Source: a virus. From it: 64,000 nt of DNA. The notes under the pieces were generated by a model. That model searched no databases, was not told the origin of the DNA, and worked only from the letters and a program-made list of their open reading frames with translations. Both the position numbers and the translations under genes were made by a program. Where the stretch lies: the IMG/VR virus record IMGVR_UViG_3300012983_003032, one strand, 5' to 3'. The stretch's first letter is position 1. Every line of letters begins with the position of its first letter. Below, in pieces: positions 17,197-26,980 of the stretch.

Positions 17197-19695
17197 ATGG
17201 CATTAGTAAGAATGAGAGAAAGTCTTTGTATGCCTGCAAAGTACTATCAGGATATTACAGATACTGCACCAGCAAGTATTAAAGAATCTTTGAATAGTGC
17301 TAGACAGTCAGGAAGACTTACTGAGTCTACAAATGTAACAGTTAACTCTTTAGTTAAGATTCTTAGAGAGTCTAATATTGACGAAACTACTGTAGGAAAA
17401 GTAGTTACAAAATTAAAGTCTGACGGTGTTAACTTACAGGAACATAAGATTTATCGTGTTCCTATCAGTAGAATTAACCACCCAGAAAGAGGTGAGTTTA
17501 ATGGTAACGGTAGAGGATACAGCTCTGAGTTATGGCATAATGTAATGGACAATCAACAAGATGCTTGGAAAGGTCTTTGTGGGTTGGCAGACCACCCTAC
17601 AGACGACAACGACCCAGGTTCTTTCAAAAATAGTTCTATTGTTTGGTTAGGTATGGAAGTAGATGACCTCAATGATTTGGTATATGGTATCGGTTCTTTT
17701 GTAGGACCTTATGGTCATTTGGCACAGGAAATCATTGATTGTGGTGGTCGTGTAGGATTCAGTTCTTCTGGATTTGGTGAACTTATGCCTGACGGACATA
17801 CAGTAAACCCAGACACATATCAAATTGAACGTCTTGCAGACGTAGTATTAAATCCTTCACAGGACGTATACGGTGCAATTAACGACGAACAACGTAATAT
17901 CGAATACAGTGGTCCTAAAGAGGCAGTTGCTTCAACAGGAAATCAAAGAAATGGTATAAGCACATCTTATGGTGAATCTCGTGTATCATATAAACAATAC
18001 AATACATATAAGGAGTCAAACTCAATGGAAAATAACGGAATTAACTCAGCTTTTTCAAAAGTTAAGGAAAAGGAACTTAGAAAATATATTAAAAATTATT
18101 TAAATGAAAATACTGCAATCACTAATCCTATTAAGCAGTTGAAAGACCTTGAAGAAATTAGAGGTCTTATTCAGGAAGGTCAGTTAGAAGACCTTGAACC
18201 AGAAGTTCTTGCAAGAATGGAAGAAGCTAACAATAAGATTGAGGCAGCCGTAGAAAAGGGTATGAAAATCCAAGAAACAGAGGTAACTGTTTCTACTCCA
18301 GACGGAATCAATATCACTTTGAATGGTGACGGTGGTGCAGCACCTGTTTCAACTGCAATGGACGTTACTACACCTATAGACGGTGAAGTTTCTCTTGATG
18401 ATGAAGAAGAAACTTTCTTGGAATCAAACAAAATTGTAAAGGGTAAAAAACTTACAAAAGCACAGGAAAAATCAGTTCGTGCATATGTTAATAACTTTAT
18501 GAACGAATCTCACGAAGGTATGAACCCTCTTAAAGTTTATACTGACTTGACAGAAGTACTTGAATTGGTACGTGAATCTAAGTTTGACGACTTGGAAGAA
18601 GGTGTAGTTTCTAAACTTGAAGAAACTGCAAAACAGATGGAAAAAGACCTTAATGATGCTGTTACTATGAAAGCTAAACTTGGTTCTAAAGACCTTGCAG
18701 AAATTACTGAAAAAACTCAGGGTATTTTGGAAAAAGGTGAATTACTTGTTGAACAGTGTGCAGACTATAAAACTCTTTGTGAGGCACTTTCAAATAGAAA
18801 CCAAGAATTGGTTAAAGAATATCAAGCTTTGAAATTGAAGTTTGACCTTAATGAGTCTAAAGAAGAAGACTCAGTTCTTGCAAGAAATCAGAAAGTTGCA
18901 GAACTTGAAAATAAACTTGAAGAAGCAACAAAGAAATATGATGAACTTGACTTTGCTGCTGGTAGTAAAATGGCTGAACTTAACGAAGCTTTAGGAAAGG
19001 CAACAAAAGGTAATGTCAAACTTGAAAAAGAACTTGGTATTGCAAATTCTAAATATAAAGAAGCAACTGAAAAACTTAACAGTATGAAGACTTTCTATGA
19101 GTCTGAATTAGCAAAGTTGTCAGAAAAGAATAAAGAACTTGAAGAGTCATTAAAAACTAAAGAGGCAGAGGCTTCTAAGTTTGGTGAATCAATTGATAAT
19201 GTTCTTGCACAATTTAAGGCTTTACAAGAGTCAAATGCACAATTAACTGAAGAAGTTAAGAATTTAAAGGAAAATAAAACTTCTGACACTAATGAAGAAG
19301 TAGCTGAAGACACTTCTTCTGAAGAACCAAAAGACGAAAAGAAACCAGCTACTTTGGAAGAAGCAGTTTCTTTCAAAGACAGTGGAGTAGAAGGTTTCTG
19401 GAATGACTTACATACAAAATATGGTGAAGCCGTAGAACCTTATGAAATGAAGATTCGTGGACAGAAAACAATGCGTGAAGCTCAACTCGCTTGGATGGGA
19501 GTTATGAATAAAGTAGACGCAAATTTAAGAGTTGTTCAGGAAACTACATTTTATAAAAATGGTGTAATCTCACAAGGTCAAAGACTTCATAAATTGCACG
19601 AATGTGGTATGTTAACTTCAAAAGATGTTGAACAAGACGTTAATGAAATAAATGCAAGATTCCTTGCTAAAATGAAGGCTGCAGGTTTAAATTAA
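17197..19695 (+). CDS. virion morphogenesis protein: N-terminal globular domain plus ~450-aa C-terminal coiled coil (scaffold/prohead-protease-like organisation)
   Basis: 832 aa. The C-terminal half is heptad-rich and highly charged. Function inferred only from architecture and position. Confidence 0.55.
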   Translation: MALVRMRESLCMPAKYYQDITDTAPASIKESLNSARQSGRLTESTNVTVNSLVKILRESNIDETTVGKVVTKLKSDGVNLQEHKIYRVPISRINHPERGEFNGNGRGYSSELWHNVMDNQQDAWKGLCGLADHPTDDNDPGSFKNSSIVWLGMEVDDLNDLVYGIGSFVGPYGHLAQEIIDCGGRVGFSSSGFGELMPDGHTVNPDTYQIERLADVVLNPSQDVYGAINDEQRNIEYSGPKEAVASTGNQRNGISTSYGESRVSYKQYNTYKESNSMENNGINSAFSKVKEKELRKYIKNYLNENTAITNPIKQLKDLEEIRGLIQEGQLEDLEPEVLARMEEANNKIEAAVEKGMKIQETEVTVSTPDGINITLNGDGGAAPVSTAMDVTTPIDGEVSLDDEEETFLESNKIVKGKKLTKAQEKSVRAYVNNFMNESHEGMNPLKVYTDLTEVLELVRESKFDDLEEGVVSKLEETAKQMEKDLNDAVTMKAKLGSKDLAEITEKTQGILEKGELLVEQCADYKTLCEALSNRNQELVKEYQALKLKFDLNESKEEDSVLARNQKVAELENKLEEATKKYDELDFAAGSKMAELNEALGKATKGNVKLEKELGIANSKYKEATEKLNSMKTFYESELAKLSEKNKELEESLKTKEAEASKFGESIDNVLAQFKALQESNAQLTEEVKNLKENKTSDTNEEVAEDTSSEEPKDEKKPATLEEAVSFKDSGVEGFWNDLHTKYGEAVEPYEMKIRGQKTMREAQLAWMGVMNKVDANLRVVQETTFYKNGVISQGQRLHKLHECGMLTSKDVEQDVNEINARFLAKMKAAGLN

Positions 19696-19704
19696 TCTTT
19701 AATT

Positions 19705-19740
19705 TACCCTACTTTTTAGTAGGGTAAAAAACTTTTTAAG
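19705..19740 (+). terminator. intrinsic terminator (taccctact-tttt-agtagggta + T-rich)
   Basis: 9-bp perfect stem. Confidence 0.55.
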
Positions 19741-19753
19741 AGAGGAACATAAA

Positions 19754-21691
19754 GTGAGTTATAAAGACGAACAAATAAGTAAATATGTAAATAACGTTTA
19801 TCACTTGAATGAAAAAAATGCTGTTGCAAGAAATATTGACTCCTTAAGAGCACAAGGTAAGACTGATGACGAAATTCGTGCATTAAATCCTGTATATGCT
19901 CAAGAACTTGATAGGCAGGCAAGTAATATCAATGTTAAAGATAATTTTGATAAAGTGCGTCAAGCTAAAGATGCTGCAGTCAGAGCTCAGGACAGGGCTA
20001 ATTTGTATCAAACTGACAAGTTTGATATGGCCGCAGATAAAGCTAGGGCAAATGTTCATAAATCAGAACAAGACTTAGAGGCTGCAAAAGCACAGGCTAA
20101 GATAAATGCAGAACAAAATAGACAAGCTAGAGAAGATGCTCGTCTTGCTGACCTAGACGCATATAATGCTACTAAAAAAGCACAGGCTAAAGATAACCTT
20201 GATAAAAAGGCTTATGATGCTATGCACGAGTTGGAAAAAACAAAACAAGAACTTGAGCAGGCTAAAAAAGAGTTGGAAGAACTTAAAGCTAAGGCTGCAC
20301 AAGGTGACTTAAACGCTGCAAAAGAAGCAGAAAAGGTAGAAGACGTTGTAGACCAAAAAACAGAAGAAGTCCAAGAAGAACAGGCAGAAGTAGAAAATGC
20401 AAAAGATGAGACAACAACTCCTCCAACTGCAGAAGAATTAAATACTGGTGCAGAAACTACTACTACTCAGACTTCTCCAGAAGAAACTACTACTCAGACT
20501 TCTCCAGAAGAAACTGCAAATGCACAGGCTACTGCAGAGGCAGCAGCAACACAGTCTGCAATGGAAATTAAACCTACTGACACACCTGAAATTCAGCAGG
20601 CAAAACAGAACTTCCAGCAGGAATGGGCAGACTTGAAGACACAGATTGGCAGTATTCAGGATACTACTAAAAAGTTGATGGCTTCTCCAATTGCAACTTC
20701 TTATGTAAAACAGAGACCAGACCTTGCAACTAAGTTCCAGAAATTTGGTGGTGCATTGGCAGCAATGGGTTCTATTGTTGGTTTAGCTGGTATGATTACT
20801 ATGTTTATAAATCCTGCATTAGGTGGTATTTTATCTGCCGCAGGTAGAACTATGGTTGGTGCTGGTGGTGCTACAGCCTCTGGTGCAAATGCCGTTAAAC
20901 AGTTTAAGAATGGAAACGTACTTGGTGGTATAGGAAGCCTTGCAGCGGCAGGAATGTCAGGTGCAATGGCAGGTATGGGTGTTAAGAGTTTAGCAGGTAA
21001 TATTGGTACTATGCAAGCCGCAAATGCTGCACCAGCAGTTTCAACTGGTGCTACAGATGCAAATCCTGTAAATGGTAATACTACTCAGTCATTTACACCG
21101 GGTTCAAATCCTGCACAGTTTACTAACAGAGAGCCTACTATTGCAAATACAAATGACGCTGTAGCAAATGCACGTCCAGGTGATGTATTACAGAGGAATG
21201 ACGGAACAAGGATTGAGATTAATCAAGGAGATATAAATTGGGCAAAGGCACATCAAGCTCAACCAGTAGTACCACAGACTACACCTCAAGTTGGGGCACA
21301 GACTGTAAATACAGGTATTCCATTGCTTAACCAAAATGCAGGAACTCCAAACTTTGGTAATATTACATTACCTCAGGGTGTAGTACAGCCAAAGTTCTTG
21401 AATGACTATAATGCTTATAAGAGTCAGACTCAACCAAATCCTTTATTTAATTCAAGTGCTAATCCACTTAGTCCTAACTTGGGAAATATTAAGGTTCCTC
21501 AGGGCATATTGCAGCCAAATTTGAATGACTACAATGCTTATAAGACACAACCTAGTATGAACTTGTCTCAAGGTGTAAATATTGGTGGTAACAATCCACC
21601 AAATTGGATGCCAAGTTCTTGGTCTCAACCTCATCAACTTGCCCCAAATGTAAGTATTCCTTATGTAAATACAGTGGGTAATAATAGGTAA
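19754..21691 (+). CDS. structural protein: coiled-coil N-terminus, Thr-rich tandem repeat, Gly/Ala-rich hydrophobic segment, Q/N/P-rich C-terminal repeats
   Basis: 645 aa. Duplicated TTTQTSPEE; internal repeat PQG(V/I)(V/L)QP(K/N)(F/L)NDYNAYK(S/T)Q. Confidence 0.55.
   Translation: MSYKDEQISKYVNNVYHLNEKNAVARNIDSLRAQGKTDDEIRALNPVYAQELDRQASNINVKDNFDKVRQAKDAAVRAQDRANLYQTDKFDMAADKARANVHKSEQDLEAAKAQAKINAEQNRQAREDARLADLDAYNATKKAQAKDNLDKKAYDAMHELEKTKQELEQAKKELEELKAKAAQGDLNAAKEAEKVEDVVDQKTEEVQEEQAEVENAKDETTTPPTAEELNTGAETTTTQTSPEETTTQTSPEETANAQATAEAAATQSAMEIKPTDTPEIQQAKQNFQQEWADLKTQIGSIQDTTKKLMASPIATSYVKQRPDLATKFQKFGGALAAMGSIVGLAGMITMFINPALGGILSAAGRTMVGAGGATASGANAVKQFKNGNVLGGIGSLAAAGMSGAMAGMGVKSLAGNIGTMQAANAAPAVSTGATDANPVNGNTTQSFTPGSNPAQFTNREPTIANTNDAVANARPGDVLQRNDGTRIEINQGDINWAKAHQAQPVVPQTTPQVGAQTVNTGIPLLNQNAGTPNFGNITLPQGVVQPKFLNDYNAYKSQTQPNPLFNSSANPLSPNLGNIKVPQGILQPNLNDYNAYKTQPSMNLSQGVNIGGNNPPNWMPSSWSQPHQLAPNVSIPYVNTVGNNR
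20453..20506. repeat. 27-bp perfect tandem duplication (gaaactactactcagacttctccagaa x2)
   Basis: Direct reading of the sequence; in-frame within CDS 19754..21691. Confidence 0.8.
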
Positions 21692-21712
21692 TTATAAGAG
21701 GAGCTAATTATT

Positions 21713-22204
21713 ATGGATTATGAGAAATTATATAATGAGTCACAGATATTGGAACAGCAAGAAAAGTTAAAGCTAGAAGAGGCTAAGTACTATGATAGTT
21801 TTACAGATGTTTTGGAATCCATGAGTGAGTCTGACCAGAAAGACAGATTGTCTAAATTGGATGAAAGAGCCTTATTTAATTCTTTGTCTTCACAGGCAAG
21901 GAAAATGAAAAAGGCATTGGAAGATACAATATCTTCTTTGGAAGAATTATTAGGTAAAGATGGTAAAGGTGGTCCAATTGCATTGGACGCTGCAAATCCT
22001 AATAATAAAAATGCCCAGGTATTTTATCAACAGTTGTTAGGTGTTTATAATCAAGCAAAGGCTTCTTTGGCAAAGGTTACTTCACCTGAGTTTGTTAATA
22101 ACTATAAAACTATTGATGCTAATACAAATATCTTTGGTAAAGCTAAAGGAAGTATGGGTATTTCTTCCAAAGATATAAATACTGCCACAGGTGGTCATTT
22201 CTAA
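21713..22204 (+). CDS. MDYEK-family paralog 1 (163 aa)
   Basis: SD AGGAG. N-terminus MDYEKLYNESQ...; C-terminal NTNIFGKAKG similar to paralog 2. Confidence 0.55.
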   Translation: MDYEKLYNESQILEQQEKLKLEEAKYYDSFTDVLESMSESDQKDRLSKLDERALFNSLSSQARKMKKALEDTISSLEELLGKDGKGGPIALDAANPNNKNAQVFYQQLLGVYNQAKASLAKVTSPEFVNNYKTIDANTNIFGKAKGSMGISSKDINTATGGHF

Positions 22205-22256
22205 TGAAACTTATAAGGCAAGCTAATCACTTGCCTTATGAATTATAGGGGATAAT

Positions 22257-22727
22257 ATGGATTACGAAAAAATTGCAGAGCAGACAAAACTTCAAGAAAA
22301 CTTAAGAATTCAAGAATCTAAATATTGTGAGCAAATAATGAATATGCTTGAACTCTTAGGAGAGACTGAGTCTGTTGAATTTTTGAAATCACTACCTTCT
22401 CATTTACAAGAGGCTACCTTAAAAAAGCAAGCAACTCAAATGTATAATAAAATTGAACAGGTATTAGAGTCTACAAGTAAGGTTAAAAAAAGACTTGCTA
22501 AGGCTAATATCGTTGACAAAAAGAGTCCAAGATATATTAATCCAAAAGATAAAAATGTTATTTTGGAAAAAATTAAACATATTGAAGACCTTGCAGAAAA
22601 GACTAAGGAAATTTTGGAAAATTCAGAATTTAAGGCTTGGTGTAATAATGTAGACAGTAATAGTAATATATTTGGTGGTAAAAAGTTTGGGGCAACTGGC
22701 CCTTCTAGAAATGAATTGGGGGTATAA
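22257..22727 (+). CDS. MDYEK-family paralog 2 (156 aa)
   Basis: N-terminus MDYEKIAEQTK; C-terminal NSNIFGGKKFG. Confidence 0.55.
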   Translation: MDYEKIAEQTKLQENLRIQESKYCEQIMNMLELLGETESVEFLKSLPSHLQEATLKKQATQMYNKIEQVLESTSKVKKRLAKANIVDKKSPRYINPKDKNVILEKIKHIEDLAEKTKEILENSEFKAWCNNVDSNSNIFGGKKFGATGPSRNELGV

Positions 22728-22728
22728 T

Positions 22729-23244
22729 ATGGATTATGAAAAGATATTCAAAGAGGCACAAGACCTTGAAAATAATTCTGAAAAAGCCTCTGAAAAAATT
22801 GAAGATTTACCAAAAAATGAAATTGAAAAAACAGAAAAAGACACTCCAAAAGAACCTAAAGACCAATGGGTCACTGCTAAGAATAATGTAGAACAGATGG
22901 AAAGAGAATTTGCAGCTCTTATGAGAAACCCCGCAGTAGAAAGAGTTAGTAAAATAGACAGTTCTATTATGAGTTGTTTAAAAGGACTCGGTACTACTAT
23001 GGTTGGGTTATCTTCTATTCTTGGTGGACTATTAAAGTTGGGAAATACATTTATTCCAGGGTTTGGATTAATAAGTGTCCCAATGTCATATCTTTTGGGT
23101 GGTGGTAGAGTTATTGGTCAGGCAATGTTGGATAAGAGTAAACCACTTCATCCTATAAGCAGAACGGCACCTTCAGGTGAACGTTATGAAAAACCAAAAC
23201 TTGTACCTACTAAGAAAATGGATTTTAGAAAAACTCCACAATAG
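22729..23244 (+). CDS. MDYEK-family paralog 3 with C-terminal glycine-zipper hydrophobic domain (171 aa)
   Basis: Start ATG 22729 (the table ORF from 22672 is an upstream extension). N-terminus MDYEKIFKEAQ; C-terminal GLGTTMVGLSSILGGLLKLG. Confidence 0.55.
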   Translation: MDYEKIFKEAQDLENNSEKASEKIEDLPKNEIEKTEKDTPKEPKDQWVTAKNNVEQMEREFAALMRNPAVERVSKIDSSIMSCLKGLGTTMVGLSSILGGLLKLGNTFIPGFGLISVPMSYLLGGGRVIGQAMLDKSKPLHPISRTAPSGERYEKPKLVPTKKMDFRKTPQ

Positions 23245-23246
23245 AA

Positions 23247-23275
23247 TAAAAGCCCCTAAAAAGGGGCTTTTTTCA
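23247..23275. terminator. bidirectional intrinsic terminator (agcccct-aaaaa-aggggct + T-run)
   Basis: Between convergent genes. Confidence 0.6.
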
Positions 23276-23284
23276 TATTTTCTT

Positions 23285-23644
23285 CTAAAGGATGATATTA
23301 AAGTCTTTACATAATTGTTTAACTACAACACTGCCACATAAAGTATTTCTTAATACGTATAAATGATAAGTTGGTATTCTTTCATTATTTTTCACTTTTT
23401 CTGAGTATAAGTTATATAGTCTAATATATGTATTACACCTTTTTTTATGCCCTGAGAGTATTTTGATACTATAGAATACTCCTATCCCACTGGCTATAAT
23501 CCCAAAAGAGTATATTATTATAGGGGGAAGAGGTATATATTTATAAATATTCCAATATATTGAATTCCCTACTAAAAGGGAAACTACAGCAACCCAAAAA
23601 TACCCTAATAATATAATATTTAATTTAAATGAAATCTTTTCCAA
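23285..23644 (-). CDS. small membrane protein (3 predicted TM helices)
   Basis: 119 aa; three hydrophobic segments in the first 70 aa. Confidence 0.45.
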   Translation of the reverse strand: MEKISFKLNIILLGYFWVAVVSLLVGNSIYWNIYKYIPLPPIIIYSFGIIASGIGVFYSIKILSGHKKRCNTYIRLYNLYSEKVKNNERIPTYHLYVLRNTLCGSVVVKQLCKDFNIIL

Positions 23645-23681
23645 TTTTTGAACCTATGTAGATATTTTTTACTAATTGTAC

Positions 23682-23794
23682 GTACTCTTACCTGAAATAA
23701 CATTCCCTTATTTTTTCGGGAGACTAACTAAGAATAAATTCGTGTATTAATGACTCCTTAATTTCTGTCTTTATGTTATATTTCAGTAAGAGTA
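23682..23794. repeat. long imperfect inverted repeat (18-nt arms gtactcttacctgaaata / tatttcagtaagagtac) with 77-nt spacer
   Basis: Arms at 23682-23699 and 23777-23794, one mismatch/indel. Lies between two minus-strand genes. Confidence 0.5.
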
Positions 23795-23801
23795 CATTTT
23801 T

Positions 23802-24527
23802 TTAAAGTGTTTCGTCTACTTCTGCACTAAAGTTTGAAACACTCTCATTGTTAAATATTTCTGCAAAGATAACAATTTCTAATGAATTATTATTTTCTCT
23901 AGTATACATATGCCTTACACCAATATCGTTAGGTGGTATTGCATTAAATGAGATGTCTTGATTTTTTACTAAAAAGTTTGAAATAAATAATGGCTCATTT
24001 TTATAAAAAATAGTTACTTTTTCAGTACCGTTAAACTTGAGACTCTCATCAAAAATAAATTCAACCCCACCTCTAACATATTCTCCTGAAACACGATATT
24101 CAAGCCGAGTTGTTTCTTTAGAAGTCCTTGGTTGTTCAACAATTACTCTTTTAAGGTCTTTAACTTTTCTACGAATATAATCGTCGTCAATATATGTTAT
24201 AAGATTTTTCAAAGTTTGATATTCAGTTGAACCTATGTCAACAATAAGTGCTCTATGTGTTTTAGTATATTGTGGTGTTAATATAATTTTTTTAGTGTCT
24301 AGTAAAAACTTAAAAGGCTTAAACTCATTATTAGGATATGTTAATCTTACATAAATGTAAAGATTATTATCGTCTTTTATTTCATAGTCAAAATCTAAGT
24401 CTTCGATTTGACTAAAAAATAACTCCCTCATACCTTTATTTGTTGTAATATCATACTCTGTACTGTTAATATCAGCAGTCTTTTTATCCTCTATCCATTT
24501 TGATAGATTTCCCATATTCTCCTCCAA
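23802..24527 (-). CDS. hypothetical protein (241 aa)
   Basis: Intact ORF in a reverse-oriented 3-gene cassette. Confidence 0.5.
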   Translation of the reverse strand: MEENMGNLSKWIEDKKTADINSTEYDITTNKGMRELFFSQIEDLDFDYEIKDDNNLYIYVRLTYPNNEFKPFKFLLDTKKIILTPQYTKTHRALIVDIGSTEYQTLKNLITYIDDDYIRRKVKDLKRVIVEQPRTSKETTRLEYRVSGEYVRGGVEFIFDESLKFNGTEKVTIFYKNEPLFISNFLVKNQDISFNAIPPNDIGVRHMYTRENNNSLEIVIFAEIFNNESVSNFSAEVDETL

Positions 24528-24534
24528 ATAATAG

Positions 24535-24735
24535 CTAAATTTCTGCCTCTACCCAATTATTATTGGCAAGGTCTTCTAGTGTAAATGTGTAGTCTCTCCA
24601 TTCGAATTTGTCATTATCCCAAAAAGAGACTTTAGCTTTACCATGTTCATCTATTTGTATAGATATATAGTTGCTTTTCCAATTTTTGAGTTTTATTGAG
24701 TGTGGTTTTTTATCGAAAAATTCAGAGATATACAT
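24535..24735 (-). CDS. hypothetical small protein (66 aa)
   Basis: ORF first in the reverse cassette. Confidence 0.4.
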   Translation of the reverse strand: MYISEFFDKKPHSIKLKNWKSNYISIQIDEHGKAKVSFWDNDKFEWRDYTFTLEDLANNNWVEAEI

Positions 24736-24832
24736 TCTAATATTTAGTCAAGCAAAATGTTTTTTAAAAAAGTGTTAATATGTTAGTAAGTCCACAGTAT
24801 TGTGGGTATATTTATTTTTAAGAGGTGATATT

Positions 24833-25051
24833 TTGTCACAGGTTGTAAAAGTAATCGTAGAGGACACAGGTCATCCTGAAAAAGACCTTGAACGAGCTCT
24901 ACGTAAATTCCGAAAGGAAGAAGAAGCCGAAGACATTCTTAATGAAATTAAGAAACGTCAGTATTTTACAAAACCTTCTGCTATAAAACATGAACAGAAG
25001 AAACATTCAGCACACAAGGCTGAATTAGAAAAAAAAGAAAAAGGAAGGTGA
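24833..25051 (+). CDS. rpsU: ribosomal protein bS21 homolog (phage-encoded)
   Basis: MSQVVKVIVEDTGHPEKDLERALRKFRKEEEAEDILNEIKKRQYFTKPSAIKHEQKK parallels E. coli bS21 ([47 protein letters not shown]). TTG start at 24833 with AAGAGGTGA SD; the table ORF from 24800 is an upstream TTG extension. Confidence 0.75.
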   Translation: MSQVVKVIVEDTGHPEKDLERALRKFRKEEEAEDILNEIKKRQYFTKPSAIKHEQKKHSAHKAELEKKEKGR

Positions 25052-25071
25052 TAATTTTTTAATTTATTTTA

Positions 25072-25114
25072 GAAAGCCATACATAATATATTATTGTGTA
25101 TGGCTTTCTAATTT
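25072..25114 (+). terminator. intrinsic terminator after bS21 (12-bp perfect stem gaaagccataca / tgtatggctttc)
   Basis: Stem followed by taatttaa. Confidence 0.55.
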
Positions 25115-25238
25115 AAGTATGTATACTTGTGTGAACGGAGTCTCAGTTAAATACTTTAGTATATTTCTTCCCCATATACTAAATATGTACGATTTGTTTG
25201 TAAATTACAAACATTTAAAATTAAAAAGGGGGATAAAA

Positions 25239-26162
25239 TTGGAAACAGTTAAAGTGAAAATGTCAGATGGAAAAGAAATTGTATTAAACAAATTTCTACC
25301 ATCTAAAAAAATTAAAGCTGTAATAGTATTACATCACGGTCAAACAGAGCACTCTTTAAGATATACTCATTTTGCAGATTTCTTAAACAAAAATGGTATA
25401 GCATTGTATGCTCACGACGGAAGATGTCATGGTCAATCCGTAGATAAAATCGAAGATTTGGGTTACTTAGACTACAATAAAGGGTTTGATACAGTAACTT
25501 CGGATTTGCATACTATTATTGAAACTTGCCGTAAAGATTTACCTGACGTTAAAGTTTTTATTGCAGGACACTCATTTGGTTCTTTTATTGTTCAAAATTA
25601 TATTGAAAAATATAAAGCAGATAATGAAAACTTCGGTGGTGCAATATTATTAGGTTCTGCAGGACCAAAACCATTCTTAATGTTTGCAGGTATTTTACTA
25701 GCAAAAGTAGTTACATTTTTCAAAGGTAAAAAAGGGATAAGTAAATTACTCCATAAAGTAATGCACGGTTCTTATAATGACCATTTCCCTGGTGAGGGTG
25801 AAAATGCTTGGTTGACTCGCGATAAAGAAATTCAAAAGGCATTTGAAGATGACCCTAGATGTGGATTTGAACCTACAAACGCATTTAGACATACATTCTT
25901 AAAAGGTTTATTTAACATCCATAGACAAAAGAACCTTGCTAAAATAGATGTGGATTTACCAATTTTAATTATGTCTGGTACAGAAGACCCAGTAGGTGAC
26001 TATGGTAAATCTGTAGATAAATTGGTATCAGCATACAAAGATTATAGAATCAAATCACTTAAAGTAAAAATGTATAAAGACGCAAGACACGAACTCTTAA
26101 ACGAGTTGAATAAAGATGAAGTTATGAAAGACCTTTTAGATTGGGTTAAAGAAAAACTTTAA
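25239..26162 (+). CDS. alpha/beta-hydrolase, lysophospholipase / monoacylglycerol-lipase family
   Basis: VLHHGQTEHSLRYTHFADFL...HDGRCHGQS (HG oxyanion region), nucleophile elbow GHSFGS, and later Asp/His. TTG start at 25239 after GGGGG SD (alternative ATG 25260); the table ORF from 25119 is an extension. Confidence 0.75.
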   Translation: METVKVKMSDGKEIVLNKFLPSKKIKAVIVLHHGQTEHSLRYTHFADFLNKNGIALYAHDGRCHGQSVDKIEDLGYLDYNKGFDTVTSDLHTIIETCRKDLPDVKVFIAGHSFGSFIVQNYIEKYKADNENFGGAILLGSAGPKPFLMFAGILLAKVVTFFKGKKGISKLLHKVMHGSYNDHFPGEGENAWLTRDKEIQKAFEDDPRCGFEPTNAFRHTFLKGLFNIHRQKNLAKIDVDLPILIMSGTEDPVGDYGKSVDKLVSAYKDYRIKSLKVKMYKDARHELLNELNKDEVMKDLLDWVKEKL

Positions 26163-26169
26163 AGTAAAA

Positions 26170-26197
26170 GTCCTAAGGGTTCCTTAGGACTTTTTTA
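26170..26197. terminator. bidirectional intrinsic terminator (gtcctaagg-gtt-ccttaggac + TTTTTT)
   Basis: 9-bp perfect stem between convergent genes. Confidence 0.65.
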
Positions 26198-26201
26198 ATG
26201 A

Positions 26202-26876
26202 TTAAAGATTATTAATCAAAATAAGTGCAACAAAATAAAGACTAAATCGGATTAGTTCTTTAAGTAATTTAATACAAAAAGTTTTGAAAACTCCAGATGC
26301 AGAATTTTTTTCTGCTTTCCTAATTTTAAAGTTCGCAAATTCGTTATAAAGACTATCTACCAATTTTTTAATTTCGTTTTGTTCTTTTTTAAGAACAGCA
26401 ATGTCTTCTTCATTTTCAGTAATTTCTTCATTTTGAGCTTGGTCAATTTTAACAGACTCAATTTTTACTTCATTTAAATCATTTTTTACTTTTTTAATAA
26501 TTGAATCATTTTTTATGTCTTTTTCTTTCAAATCTTTAATTTTATCTTTCAATTCACTATAGTCTTTAACACTAGCTGCTTTGATTGCTTGAATTTCTTT
26601 GTCAATTTTATTTTCCAAGTTTTGTACTTTAGAAAGTTTAACTCCTTCTTTTGCTAATTCATCTGTTTTCTGAATTAACTCATATACTTTTTGGAACAAT
26701 AATTCATCAATCTCATCTTGAGACTTGTTTGTTTTACTAACAGCTGAAGTTTCATCTATCAAAAGATTAACATAATCTGTCAATTCTTTGATAGCAGCAG
26801 TCTGAGCTTCATTAACTTTAGTATTTGTGTTAATCTTTTCAAGCTCTTCTTTTAATTTCGCTAATAACTCATTCAT
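26202..26876 (-). CDS. coiled-coil protein with C-terminal TM anchor (224 aa)
   Basis: Heptad-rich E/K sequence; C-terminal LYFVALILINNL. Confidence 0.5.
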   Translation of the reverse strand: MNELLAKLKEELEKINTNTKVNEAQTAAIKELTDYVNLLIDETSAVSKTNKSQDEIDELLFQKVYELIQKTDELAKEGVKLSKVQNLENKIDKEIQAIKAASVKDYSELKDKIKDLKEKDIKNDSIIKKVKNDLNEVKIESVKIDQAQNEEITENEEDIAVLKKEQNEIKKLVDSLYNEFANFKIRKAEKNSASGVFKTFCIKLLKELIRFSLYFVALILINNL

Positions 26877-26912
26877 TGCATAAATCTCCTTTAGTTTTTA
26901 TATATTAGTTAC

Positions 26913-26934
26913 ACACTAATACCCTAATTAGTGT
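26913..26934. promoter_or_regulatory. hairpin/palindrome acactaat-acccta-attagtgt
   Basis: Perfect 8-bp inverted repeat sharing the CTAATTAGTGT core with 30057-30070. Confidence 0.3.
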
Positions 26935-26980
26935 AAACTAATTGCAACTTTTAAACCTGCTATGTTTTCATAATTCTCCC

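Noticed and set aside
20448-20636. 62-aa L/Q/K-rich ORF
   Set aside because: Alternative frame of the repeat-containing structural gene.
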